A DNA stretch of 64,000 bases from Gammaproteobacteria bacterium. GTDB taxonomy: Bacteria > Pseudomonadota > Gammaproteobacteria > Eutrophobiales > Eutrophobiaceae. Below the pieces are notes generated by a model. That model saw nothing but the letters and a program-made list of their open reading frames with translations. It was not told where the DNA came from and made no database searches. The position numbers and the translations under genes were made by a program. Below, one piece after another: positions 19,234-28,207 of this stretch. The DNA is taken from the NCBI GenBank assembly GCA_965116495.1, contig OZ220696.1:4128001-4192000 (forward strand), in the 5' to 3' direction. Numbering within the stretch: the stretch's first letter is position 1; each line of letters begins with the position of its first letter.

Positions 19234-21624
19234 TTATTGCCAGCTGTAACGGACCGAACCGCCGTACCAGCGCGGTTTGCCGTAGTGCAACTGGTTGAAG
19301 CCGCCCGGGCCGGTGAAATCGAACGTATAGGTCAGGTATTCCTCATTGGCAATATTGTTGACGAAGGCCGACACCGTCATGGCGTCGTTGGCAGATGTCC
19401 ATTTCAGCCTGAAGTTCCCGACGATATAGTCATCCCCAAGCGCGATATCGTAGTTCTGTATGTCGAAGTAGGTTTCATCCTGGTAATAAAAACTGGCAAT
19501 TGCCGCCATGGTACCGTTCCATGCCGGCCACTCGTAACGGGCCATGCCGTTTGCCGTAAAGTCCGGGGCCGAGACCATGGTCCTGTCAACCGGGGTACGG
19601 GTGGCAGTAGTCTCAATATCCTTTGCGGTAGCGTCCAGGAAGGAGGCGCCCAGGATAAAATCCCAACCCTCGGCCGGGCTGGCCTGCAACTCGATTTCGC
19701 CACCATAGACTTCCGCGTCGGAGTTGAAAATGATCGCGTTGAAGGTAACGAACCGGAAGGTCTGAAAATCATTGTAGTCATAATAAAAGGCGGCAGCATT
19801 CAAGCGGGCGGCGCCGCCCAGAATGGTAGCCTTGAAGCCGGCCTCGTAACTGGTCAGCGTCTCATCATCGAACGGGATGTCCTCCGGCGCGTCCAGCCCA
19901 AAGTTGGCGCTGGCATCAAGAAATGTGCCGTTGAAGCCGGCCGACTTCACCCCCCTAGAAAATTTAGCATAAACCAACAGATCATCGTTGGGTTTCCAGT
20001 CCAGTTCTGCCAATGCGGTCACATTGTTCTTGTTATGGTTTGCAATGTTACCGACGCTTGAGGTATTGAACAGCATCATCTGGTCGGGCGTCGGTCTGAT
20101 GGCGCTGGGGTAATTGGGCAGCACGCCGACACCAGGACCGGCCCCAAGGTCCACATCGGGAGGAGGCGCTGTCAGGAATCCGGTCAGGCCGCCGGCTATG
20201 TCCATGCTGCTGTAGTCCATGTCTTTCTCTTCTTCCGTGTACCTCAGCCCGCCTATTACGGTCAGTTGTTCGGTTAAATCGAACTCAAACTGGCCGAAAG
20301 CCGACCAGGACTCCGTATCCTGATCTGCATCAACGTCAATGACAAAGAAATCCGGGATCAGGACCAGGCCATAGTCAGCCTCTACGTCCCAGTTGAAATA
20401 ATACAGCCCGGTCTGCCAGCGCACCCGGTCAGACTCGCCGGCCAGACGCAGTTCCTGGGTAAACTGTTCCGTTATGGCGTAAAACTCAACCCGGACGAAA
20501 TTGATGGGGGTGGAGTCGGTGTCTTCCTCCTGGGTGCGGTCCACATGGTCGAAGGCCGTTATCGACGTAAGAGTCAGGCCATCTCTCAGGTCCCAGTCGA
20601 TGGTTGCCGATACACCCGTGGCGGTGACCGCCGTATCACCGTCCCGATCGAAGCTGCCTTTATGCGGATCGCCGTCCGTATCCCGGTAACCTAAACAGTC
20701 CGTGCCGACGACCTCGTAGAAAATACCAGCGCCCGGGTCAAAACAATTGGGATTCGATTCGTTCGGCCCCAGGTTTACGCGATTATCGAAATCATACCCA
20801 CCTCCTGGAGCAGGAGCAAATCCGGTCGCCTGGTTTTGCCACCCACCCACCTGGCCCCGGTTGTGGGAATAATGGGCCTTGACCAGGGCTTCAACGTCAT
20901 CGGAAGGCGTGACCAGCAACTGGATGCGCCCGGCTTTGGCGTTGGTCTCATTGAAATCGCCCGGTGACGTGCCCTTGATCGGATCTACGCCGTCATAGAC
21001 GTTGTCCACGTAACCCCCGTTCTTGTTGGTCGCGAAAGAGACCCGCGCGGCCATGTTCTCGCCGATGGCGCCGTTCACCATGCCTTCGGTCTTGAACGTT
21101 CCGTAGGACTCAAGGCCTGCTTCCAGGTAGGCTTCAAACTCCCGGGTCGGTTTCCTGGAAATGAAATGCACCAGCCCGCCCGAGGTGTTGCGGCCGAACA
21201 GGGTGCCCTGCGGGCCGCGCAGCACTTCCGCCCGGTCCACGTCGAAATTCTGCAGGTGCAGGCCGCCGATCGCGGCGCGGTAGACGCCGTCAAAATAAAC
21301 TGCGACCGGGTTCTCGTTGAAATCGGATACTTCGTTCAGGCCGACGCCTCTCAGGAAGAAATTGATCTGGCTGCCTTCGGCGTTGGGTACTGTGTACTGC
21401 AGGCCGGGGGTCATGGTCGTCAGGTCCACGGTATCGGCCAGGCCCAGTTCCTTGATCTGCTCGCCCGTGTATGCGGTTACGGATATACCCACGTCCTGCA
21501 GGTTCTGTTCGCGTTTTTGCGCGGTCACGATTATTTCTTCCAGAACCTGTGCGCCTGTGTTGAACGGGATAATTACGGACAGGATCAAAATGAGCCTGAA
21601 AAGAGAAGTGCTGGATGGTTTCAT
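19234..21624 (-). CDS. TonB-dependent receptor
   Basis: Signal peptide, EEIIVTAQKRE, VLRGPQGTLFGRN, C-terminal PRWYGGSVRYSW. Confidence 0.95.
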   Translation of the reverse strand: MKPSSTSLFRLILILSVIIPFNTGAQVLEEIIVTAQKREQNLQDVGISVTAYTGEQIKELGLADTVDLTTMTPGLQYTVPNAEGSQINFFLRGVGLNEVSDFNENPVAVYFDGVYRAAIGGLHLQNFDVDRAEVLRGPQGTLFGRNTSGGLVHFISRKPTREFEAYLEAGLESYGTFKTEGMVNGAIGENMAARVSFATNKNGGYVDNVYDGVDPIKGTSPGDFNETNAKAGRIQLLVTPSDDVEALVKAHYSHNRGQVGGWQNQATGFAPAPGGGYDFDNRVNLGPNESNPNCFDPGAGIFYEVVGTDCLGYRDTDGDPHKGSFDRDGDTAVTATGVSATIDWDLRDGLTLTSITAFDHVDRTQEEDTDSTPINFVRVEFYAITEQFTQELRLAGESDRVRWQTGLYYFNWDVEADYGLVLIPDFFVIDVDADQDTESWSAFGQFEFDLTEQLTVIGGLRYTEEEKDMDYSSMDIAGGLTGFLTAPPPDVDLGAGPGVGVLPNYPSAIRPTPDQMMLFNTSSVGNIANHNKNNVTALAELDWKPNDDLLVYAKFSRGVKSAGFNGTFLDASANFGLDAPEDIPFDDETLTSYEAGFKATILGGAARLNAAAFYYDYNDFQTFRFVTFNAIIFNSDAEVYGGEIELQASPAEGWDFILGASFLDATAKDIETTATRTPVDRTMVSAPDFTANGMARYEWPAWNGTMAAIASFYYQDETYFDIQNYDIALGDDYIVGNFRLKWTSANDAMTVSAFVNNIANEEYLTYTFDFTGPGGFNQLHYGKPRWYGGSVRYSWQ

Positions 21625-21748
21625 TATATCTCCCCGGATGTAAGTTGTTTCTGTCGCTTATAACTCTTTGTATTATACCTGCAACAATGTGTTATTGCAT
21701 AAGAATAATCCGATAATACCCGAATATTAAGCATAATCGGGCGAAATT

Positions 21749-21972
21749 TAGGAACCTCTGATTAAGTCAGAGGTTCCTACGGTACAGGGATGTGCCGTCA
21801 AAATCAATGACTGTAGTTCATTGATTTTGGGAGCAAAATAAAATCGCATTTTTGTTTTCACTCGCTCCATCCTGGTAGCTCGCCGCAAGGCGGCAACAAG
21901 TTGTGCAAATCGGCTATCCTGCCGATTTGTGCGTGCTCTGACAAGTCCCGGACGGACTTGATCAGAGCTTCC
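21749..21972. mobile_element. MITE-like non-autonomous element with IS5-like ends
   Basis: Left end GGAACCTCTGATTAA matches the right end (rc GGAAGCTCTGATCAA) at 13/15. Several internal hairpins, no transposase. Confidence 0.6.
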
Positions 21973-22072
21973 TTTATTATAAAACAGGGGTGCCCGTGAT
22001 ATTGTGTTCCCGCTTCAACCGGTTTGTTGTCTTTAGGCAACAAAATACATACAAAAAATGGTTACATGCGAA

Positions 22073-23239
22073 TCAGTTATCGCCGGTTGAGGAGACGCCT
22101 GTACTGAGTTCGACGCCGTCTGAATAAATATCAACAGGTCGTGCCAGGGTTGACACATCTTCACGAGGATCAGCATCCAGGACCAATAAATTTGCCCGGG
22201 CACCGGTAATCACGGTCCCAAAGCCCTCGAAACCCCAGTATTCTGCCGGTGTCACAGTTGCCGAAGCAATGATTGCGTCACTATCGAGCCCGGCTTTGCG
22301 CAACTGCTCAAGTTCTTCGGGATTGATGGCGGGTATTTCCGCGTAACCAAGGTCTGTCCCATAGAGAATGGTTGTGCCGGCCTCTCGAAGTCGTCGAAGA
22401 TTGTCAACAGCCGCAGGCACATTCCTGAACACCGCGAGTGTGGAGATAAGCGCCCGGTCCGACCAGGCTTGTACCGTGGCGTCTGCAAGAGCGACAGTGG
22501 GTGTGTGTGCCAGAATGTCGGCGCCCGCCTCAGCAGCGCGCATGGCAGCGCTGTCGGTTACGGCGTGGGCAGCTACGCGCAATCCATGAGAATGTGCCTG
22601 CTCAACGATGGCTTTCAGTTCTTCGTCGCTCAACGTTGATTTGTTTTCCTCCATCCCTGGAATCGCGCCGCTACCGGTGGTATCTCCCACCGGCATCTTG
22701 ATGACACGGGCGCCGCTGGCGACCAGAAAATCCACGCCAGCACGGACGGACTGAACTCCATTTGTCTCGAGTCCGTAACCATCAGCCCCCCAGCTCCGGG
22801 TTGGGTAACCGCGTTTTGCGGTGACCATGGGGCCGGACAACAGGATGTGCAGGGGTCCGTAGTCCGAGGCGAGGAAAGGTAAAGGCGCTGCCAGGTCGAC
22901 AACGGCAGCTATGCCGCCCCGGGCAAGTTGCCCGGGCGTATAACCAATGGCCAGGTGCACGTGGCTGTCAATGAAGGCCGGCACAATATACCTGCCACGC
23001 AAATCAATTACATCGGTATTGTCGCCTGCGCTGTCTTTGCTGATCGCTTCGATTTTGCCGTCTCGAACAGTGATCACCGCCGGGCCGTAGCCAATTATAC
23101 TGGCGCCGGTCAAGGCCAGGCCTTTCGAACCATGAGACGCCGTGTCGGCAAAAGTTGTCGTACAAAAGGATATTGCGAGAAGAAAAAAGAGTACCCTGAT
23201 CGGTGCCCGCAGATGATACCGGTTGGTCGAATTTTTCAT
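22073..23239 (-). CDS. Secreted metal-dependent amidohydrolase
   Basis: DSHVH, IKM, AAHA, AHT and GTD ligands. Sec-type signal peptide. Confidence 0.85.
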   Translation of the reverse strand: MKNSTNRYHLRAPIRVLFFLLAISFCTTTFADTASHGSKGLALTGASIIGYGPAVITVRDGKIEAISKDSAGDNTDVIDLRGRYIVPAFIDSHVHLAIGYTPGQLARGGIAAVVDLAAPLPFLASDYGPLHILLSGPMVTAKRGYPTRSWGADGYGLETNGVQSVRAGVDFLVASGARVIKMPVGDTTGSGAIPGMEENKSTLSDEELKAIVEQAHSHGLRVAAHAVTDSAAMRAAEAGADILAHTPTVALADATVQAWSDRALISTLAVFRNVPAAVDNLRRLREAGTTILYGTDLGYAEIPAINPEELEQLRKAGLDSDAIIASATVTPAEYWGFEGFGTVITGARANLLVLDADPREDVSTLARPVDIYSDGVELSTGVSSTGDN

Positions 23240-23336
23240 ATAAGTTAATAAAACAAGGGGGTTAGCGTCATCGCGGGATGGAATGACGAATCATGATGCG
23301 GCATTATTTATGTCGTTGTGTATAATTCCGTCCCCA

Positions 23337-24431
23337 TTATACGCATTCGGCGTCGGATAACTTTTTAAGGTGCCGGCGCATGGCGACGCCGGGCCGGTCC
23401 GCGGGCACGTCTATCTCGTAGAAGTCCGGCGTCCGGTCGGTATCCTGCATCCGGTTGATATGTTCGATGGCAAACACGTCTTCGCTGAACGCCGTCTGGT
23501 TGGCTTTCAGCATGAACGCGCCCATTTCCCCATCATCGATACAGAAATTACGGCACTGGGCATAGTAGTAATTGGTGGACGTATTCGTCTCCGGGGTGAT
23601 CAACTGGGCCACCTTGACCAGGGGTTGCAGGTTTGCCATTTTTTCCGGCTTGGCCAGGTTTTTCAGTATCCCCGTGTTGACATGCAGGCCGGGGGTGACG
23701 AACAGGGAACCGGAGCTGCGCAGGGCTTTTTCGTTCTCCCAGCCCAGGGGCTTTGAATAAATGGGCGGCAACACGCATTCCACGCGGCGCCATACCTCGA
23801 AATGCTCGTCCTCAACCGTCGCCTCGATGGGTGCCCGGGCATACTCCGGGGTGCCGAAGGTCTTGTCGTGCAAGAAGCTCAGGTGGGACAGGTCCAGCAG
23901 GTTCTCGTGCAGGTGCACGTAACTGCCCTTGATGTTCAGAAAGCCGATGTTTACCGCCCAGTCCGGGTGGTCGAAGTATTCCTGGTGCGGCAACAGGGCT
24001 TCATCGGCCAGGTCCGGGTCCCCCGGCCAGATCCAGATAAAGGGTTTTTTCTCGATAACCGGGAATGCGCGTACGCCGATATTTTGCGGGGGTCTGTCCT
24101 GGGACGGTACCGCTACACAGCGGCCGGTACTGTTGTACCTGAACCCGTGGTAACCGCATTCCAGGATGTCGCCGTGCAGTTTACCTTCGGACAGAGGGAA
24201 AGAGCGGTGGCAGCAGCGGTTCTGCAAGGCTACCGGGGTAGCGTCTTCCCTGCGAAATAACACGGTGCTGATGCCGAGATACCGGCGGGAAAACAGTGTG
24301 CGCCCGATCTCGTCACTGCGTGCGGCCACGTACCAGGCGTTACGGATCAGCGGCGTGTCGCGATCGGCCATGTTCGCCGCCGAGATGGAGGCGAGTTTTT
24401 GCTGTCTTTCAACGGATGCCCGTGATGACAC
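23337..24431 (-). CDS. Rieske non-heme iron oxygenase alpha subunit, VanA/demethylase-like
   Basis: CCHR...CGYHG Rieske motif, ENLLDLSHLSFLH, FSEDV. Confidence 0.92.
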   Translation of the reverse strand: MSSRASVERQQKLASISAANMADRDTPLIRNAWYVAARSDEIGRTLFSRRYLGISTVLFRREDATPVALQNRCCHRSFPLSEGKLHGDILECGYHGFRYNSTGRCVAVPSQDRPPQNIGVRAFPVIEKKPFIWIWPGDPDLADEALLPHQEYFDHPDWAVNIGFLNIKGSYVHLHENLLDLSHLSFLHDKTFGTPEYARAPIEATVEDEHFEVWRRVECVLPPIYSKPLGWENEKALRSSGSLFVTPGLHVNTGILKNLAKPEKMANLQPLVKVAQLITPETNTSTNYYYAQCRNFCIDDGEMGAFMLKANQTAFSEDVFAIEHINRMQDTDRTPDFYEIDVPADRPGVAMRRHLKKLSDAECV

Positions 24432-24553
24432 TTGGAAGTTGTTCTCCTGTAGTCAGGCGCGTTCTTGCTTTATTATAGACAACTTTGCCGGGGACGGCAT
24501 TTATCCCGTCCCCGGCGCTGTTTGTCTCCCATACTGTTGTTAAGAACGAACTC

Positions 24554-26083
24554 ATGCACAAAAACCGGAACCTGTTTTCATGTTACCTGCGAGGTAAGGA
24601 GAATAATCGTGACAGGGCCGCCGTTTATGCCGGCGACGGGAGATGCAGCTATGCCGACTTGGCGAATGGTTCCGCGCGCTATGCCAATACCCTGACGGCC
24701 ATGGGTGTCAGGCCGGGAGACAGGGTCTGCGCCTATATCGATAAATCTATCTATAACATTTTTCTGTACCTGGCCTGCCTGCGCGCGGGGATTGTCTACC
24801 AGCCGCTGAATCCCGCATTTAAACCTGCCGAGGTTGATTATTACCTGGCAGATGCGGGTCCGGCTATGGTGGTCTGCGCAACGGTGAACGAAGACTGGGT
24901 AAGGGCTGCGGCAAAGCACGCCGGCATCGATCATGTGCTGACCCTGGATCGGGACGGGACCGGTACCATGGCTGCCGCTGCCGGAAAGGCGGGAAGCGAA
25001 TTTACTACCCGCAGGTGTGACGGATCCGAACTTGCCTGCCTGCTGTACTCATCCGGCACTACGGGCAAACCCAAGGGTATAAAACTCAGCCACGACAACC
25101 TCGCCGCCAACGTCAGGACCCTGGTTGACCTGTGGGGATTCACGAATGATGACGTGTTGATACATGCCTTGCCGCTGTTCCATGTTCACGGCCTGTTCGT
25201 AGCACTGGGTTGTGTCCTGACTGCCGGCGCTTCTCTCCACCTGCTGGAAAAGTTTGACGCAGATGAAATAACCTGCCTGTTGCCTGAGGCCACGGTATTG
25301 ATGGGGGTGCCCACATTTTACACGCGCTTGCTGCAATCTCCCGGCTTGTCCAGGGAAGCCTGCAGTGCCATGCGCCTGTTCATCTCCGGTTCGGCTCCGC
25401 TGCATGAGAATACGTTTAATCAATTCAAACAAACTACCGGTCATACCATCCTGGAACGCTACGGCGCATCGGAGACCGGTATGAGCACCTCGAACCCGCT
25501 GCATGGGGAACGCAGGGCCGGGATGGTCGGGATGCCGCTGCCGGACGTCCTGGTCAAAATCGTGGATGATGGTGGTAACGAAGTGACAGATACCGCTATT
25601 GGTGAGTTACTGGTGAAGGGACCTAACGTCTTTTCCGGTTACTGGAACCTGGATGACGTGAACAGGACCGCTTTCACCGAGGATGGTTATTACCGTACCG
25701 GCGATCTGGGAGAACGGGATCCCGATGGTTACATCCGCATAGTGGGTCGCGCCAGGGACATGATCATCAGCGGGGGGGAGAATATCTACCCGAAAGAGAT
25801 TGAACTATGCCTGGATCGCATCGAAGGCATCAGTGAGTCGTCCGTCATCGGTCTTGAAGATACGGACCTGGGTGAAAGGGTAGTGGCCGTCCTGGTGACG
25901 GAGCCGGATTGCCGTTTGGATGAAGCGGGAATTATTGCCGGACTGAAAACGCAACTCGCCGGGTTCAAGGTTCCCAGACAAATTTGTTTCGTGGAGGAAC
26001 TGCCGCGTAATACAATGGGCAAAGTACAAAAGAATAAATTAAGGGAAACCTGGAAGCAGAACCACAAAAACGAGCAGGAGTAA
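24554..26083 (+). CDS. matB: Malonyl/methylmalonyl-CoA synthetase
   Basis: YSSGTTGKPKG, HALPLFHVHGLFV, MGVPTFYTRLL, ILERYG, PRNTMGKVQK. Confidence 0.85.
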   Translation: MHKNRNLFSCYLRGKENNRDRAAVYAGDGRCSYADLANGSARYANTLTAMGVRPGDRVCAYIDKSIYNIFLYLACLRAGIVYQPLNPAFKPAEVDYYLADAGPAMVVCATVNEDWVRAAAKHAGIDHVLTLDRDGTGTMAAAAGKAGSEFTTRRCDGSELACLLYSSGTTGKPKGIKLSHDNLAANVRTLVDLWGFTNDDVLIHALPLFHVHGLFVALGCVLTAGASLHLLEKFDADEITCLLPEATVLMGVPTFYTRLLQSPGLSREACSAMRLFISGSAPLHENTFNQFKQTTGHTILERYGASETGMSTSNPLHGERRAGMVGMPLPDVLVKIVDDGGNEVTDTAIGELLVKGPNVFSGYWNLDDVNRTAFTEDGYYRTGDLGERDPDGYIRIVGRARDMIISGGENIYPKEIELCLDRIEGISESSVIGLEDTDLGERVVAVLVTEPDCRLDEAGIIAGLKTQLAGFKVPRQICFVEELPRNTMGKVQKNKLRETWKQNHKNEQE

Positions 26084-26091
26084 TACCGGCT

Positions 26092-26415
26092 TTGGAACTG
26101 AAGGAGCAACTCAGGCGGTTGTCCGCGTCAGAGAAATACCGCGCGCATGTGGATAAGCGCAGGCGGGTGACTTACCTGTTAACGGCCATCGCTGTTTTTC
26201 AATACAGCCTTTACTTCTTTGCCGTGGCCTGGGCGGCGGGACCGGCAGGGACGGCCTGGCCGGCCGGTAGCGCCGTCAGTGTGATCATTTGGCTCACCGT
26301 GCTGGTTATATTGCTGAGCATCGTCATTTCAGCAGGATATATATGGTGGACCGCCCGTTTCCATGACCCGGAAAGAGAAGCGGTCATGAGAGAACTTGGA
26401 CTGCGGGATGAGTAG
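26092..26415 (+). CDS. DUF485 small membrane subunit (YjcH-like)
   Basis: Two TM helices, overlaps the start of the actP-like gene. Confidence 0.75.
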   Translation: MELKEQLRRLSASEKYRAHVDKRRRVTYLLTAIAVFQYSLYFFAVAWAAGPAGTAWPAGSAVSVIIWLTVLVILLSIVISAGYIWWTARFHDPEREAVMRELGLRDE

Positions 26416-28066
26416 AGTAGTTCCACCGCTTGTTTTCCTTGTATCGATGAATCCGGTATTTGCCCGGGCCGACACGCTGGCCGGCGCCGGTACCGGACAA
26501 CCCCTGAACGTGGCCGCGATCATCACGTTTTTCCTGTTTGTCTTCAGTACCCTGCTGATTACCTGGTGGGCGGCCCGGCACACCCGTTCCCGCAAGGAGT
26601 TTTATGTTGCCGGCGGCGGTATACCCGCGTGGCAGAACGGGATTGCCATTTCCGGTGACTTCATGTCGGCGGCGACCTTTCTGGGACTGACGAGCCTGGT
26701 ATTTTTTACCGGCACGGACGGGTTGATGCTGGCAGTCGGCGCAGTCGCCAGCTGGCCGGTTATCCTGTTCCTGGTCGCCGAGAGGTTGCGTAATCTCGGC
26801 CGTTATACGTTTATCGACGTCATCTCATTTCGCCTTGATCAACGACCGATCACGCGGGTTGCAGCCCTGGGGTCTCTTGCTACGGTAATCTTTTATCTTA
26901 TCTCGCAGCTTGTGGGCGCGGGAAAACTGATCCAGTTGCTGTTCGGCCTGGATTACATCTGGGCCGTGAGCGGTATCAGCATCCTGATGATCGCCTATGT
27001 GACTTTCGGCGGCATGCTGGCCACGACCTGGGTGCAGATTATCAAGGCTTTCCTGCTGATAGTCGGCGGCACAATTATTACCCTGTTGATGTTGCAGCAT
27101 TACAGCTATGACCTGGATGCGGTGTTTCACAGCGCGGTGTTGATTCACCCGAGGGGTTGGGATCTTGTCGCCCCGGGTGGCTGGCTGGACGATCCGGTAT
27201 CGGTGCTCTCCCTGGGATTGACGGCCCTGCTCGGCTTCATCGGACTGCCGCATATACTGATGCGTATCTTTACCGTGAAGGACGCAAAAACTGCAAGAAA
27301 ATCGGCATTTTATGCCATTTCAATCATCGGCTATTTCAACCTCCTGATGCTTGTCGTCGGGTTCGGAGCGGTGTCGCTCATCATGTTCAACCCGGACTAC
27401 CAGAGTGCCGCCGGCGCCCTGACAGGAGGACGGAACATGGTGGTGCTGCACACGGCCCACTTCCTGGGGGGCGACATTTTGCTGGGGTTTGTCTCCGCCG
27501 TTGCCTTCGCCACGATCCTCGCAGTCGTCTCGGGGTTGACCATCTCCGCGGCAGCCACCATTGCCCATGACCTGTATGCGAAATCGATTAAACAGGGCAG
27601 GGCGTCGGAAAAATCGGAATTACTGGTCTCGCGCTGTGCCGTGATCGGCATCGGTACACTGGCAGTCCTGTTCGGTCTCGCATTCGAACATCATAACGTC
27701 ATCTTTATTACCAATATGGCCCTGGCGGTTGCCGGCAGCGCTAACGCGCCGATATTATTGCTGTCCATGTACTGGCGGGGGTTGACGACCCGCGGCGCCA
27801 TCTACGGTTGCCTGGCCGGCCTGGTCTCTTCGGTCTGTCTGATTATCCTGGGCCCGCAGGTATGGGTGGACGTGATCGGTATGGAAAAACCGTTGTTTCC
27901 CTATGTTTACCCCACCATCATCTCGGCTCCACTGGCGTTTGCCATGGCCTGGCTGTTGTCACGTACGGATAACAGCGCCCGGGCGGACAAGGAGAGGGCC
28001 GCGTTTACCGGACAATATATCCGTTCGGAAACCGGTATCGGTGCGGCAGAAGCAGCAGGCCACTGA
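26408..28066 (+). CDS. actP: Cation/monocarboxylate symporter, SSS family
   Basis: QNGIAISGDFMSAATFLG, GGMLATTWVQIIKA, GLPHILMR, SAVAFATILAVVSGL. Confidence 0.9.
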   Translation: MSRVVPPLVFLVSMNPVFARADTLAGAGTGQPLNVAAIITFFLFVFSTLLITWWAARHTRSRKEFYVAGGGIPAWQNGIAISGDFMSAATFLGLTSLVFFTGTDGLMLAVGAVASWPVILFLVAERLRNLGRYTFIDVISFRLDQRPITRVAALGSLATVIFYLISQLVGAGKLIQLLFGLDYIWAVSGISILMIAYVTFGGMLATTWVQIIKAFLLIVGGTIITLLMLQHYSYDLDAVFHSAVLIHPRGWDLVAPGGWLDDPVSVLSLGLTALLGFIGLPHILMRIFTVKDAKTARKSAFYAISIIGYFNLLMLVVGFGAVSLIMFNPDYQSAAGALTGGRNMVVLHTAHFLGGDILLGFVSAVAFATILAVVSGLTISAAATIAHDLYAKSIKQGRASEKSELLVSRCAVIGIGTLAVLFGLAFEHHNVIFITNMALAVAGSANAPILLLSMYWRGLTTRGAIYGCLAGLVSSVCLIILGPQVWVDVIGMEKPLFPYVYPTIISAPLAFAMAWLLSRTDNSARADKERAAFTGQYIRSETGIGAAEAAGH

Positions 28067-28073
28067 CAATCAA

Positions 28074-28146
28074 AAATCAATGGGGTCAGACTCGAAGGAT
28101 TTTCAAACCCCTCTGACAAATCAATCGAGTCTGACCCCATTGATTT
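28074..28146. repeat. REPIN-like 22-bp perfect inverted repeat
   Basis: AAATCAATGGGGTCAGACTCGA ... TCGAGTCTGACCCCATTGATTT. Confidence 0.9.
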
Positions 28147-28207
28147 GTCACGTGTAACGGTCGTTTGTGTCATAATTAATACAGGACAGCAACCAGGTGA
28201 CAAGCGC

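Noticed and set aside
18604-20061. 485-aa plus-strand ORF, and similar long antisense ORFs (e.g. 10513-11265, 29348-30190, 36227-37387, 37302-38258, 48492-49312)
   Set aside because: They shadow well-supported genes on the opposite strand, as expected in GC-rich DNA, and have no motifs
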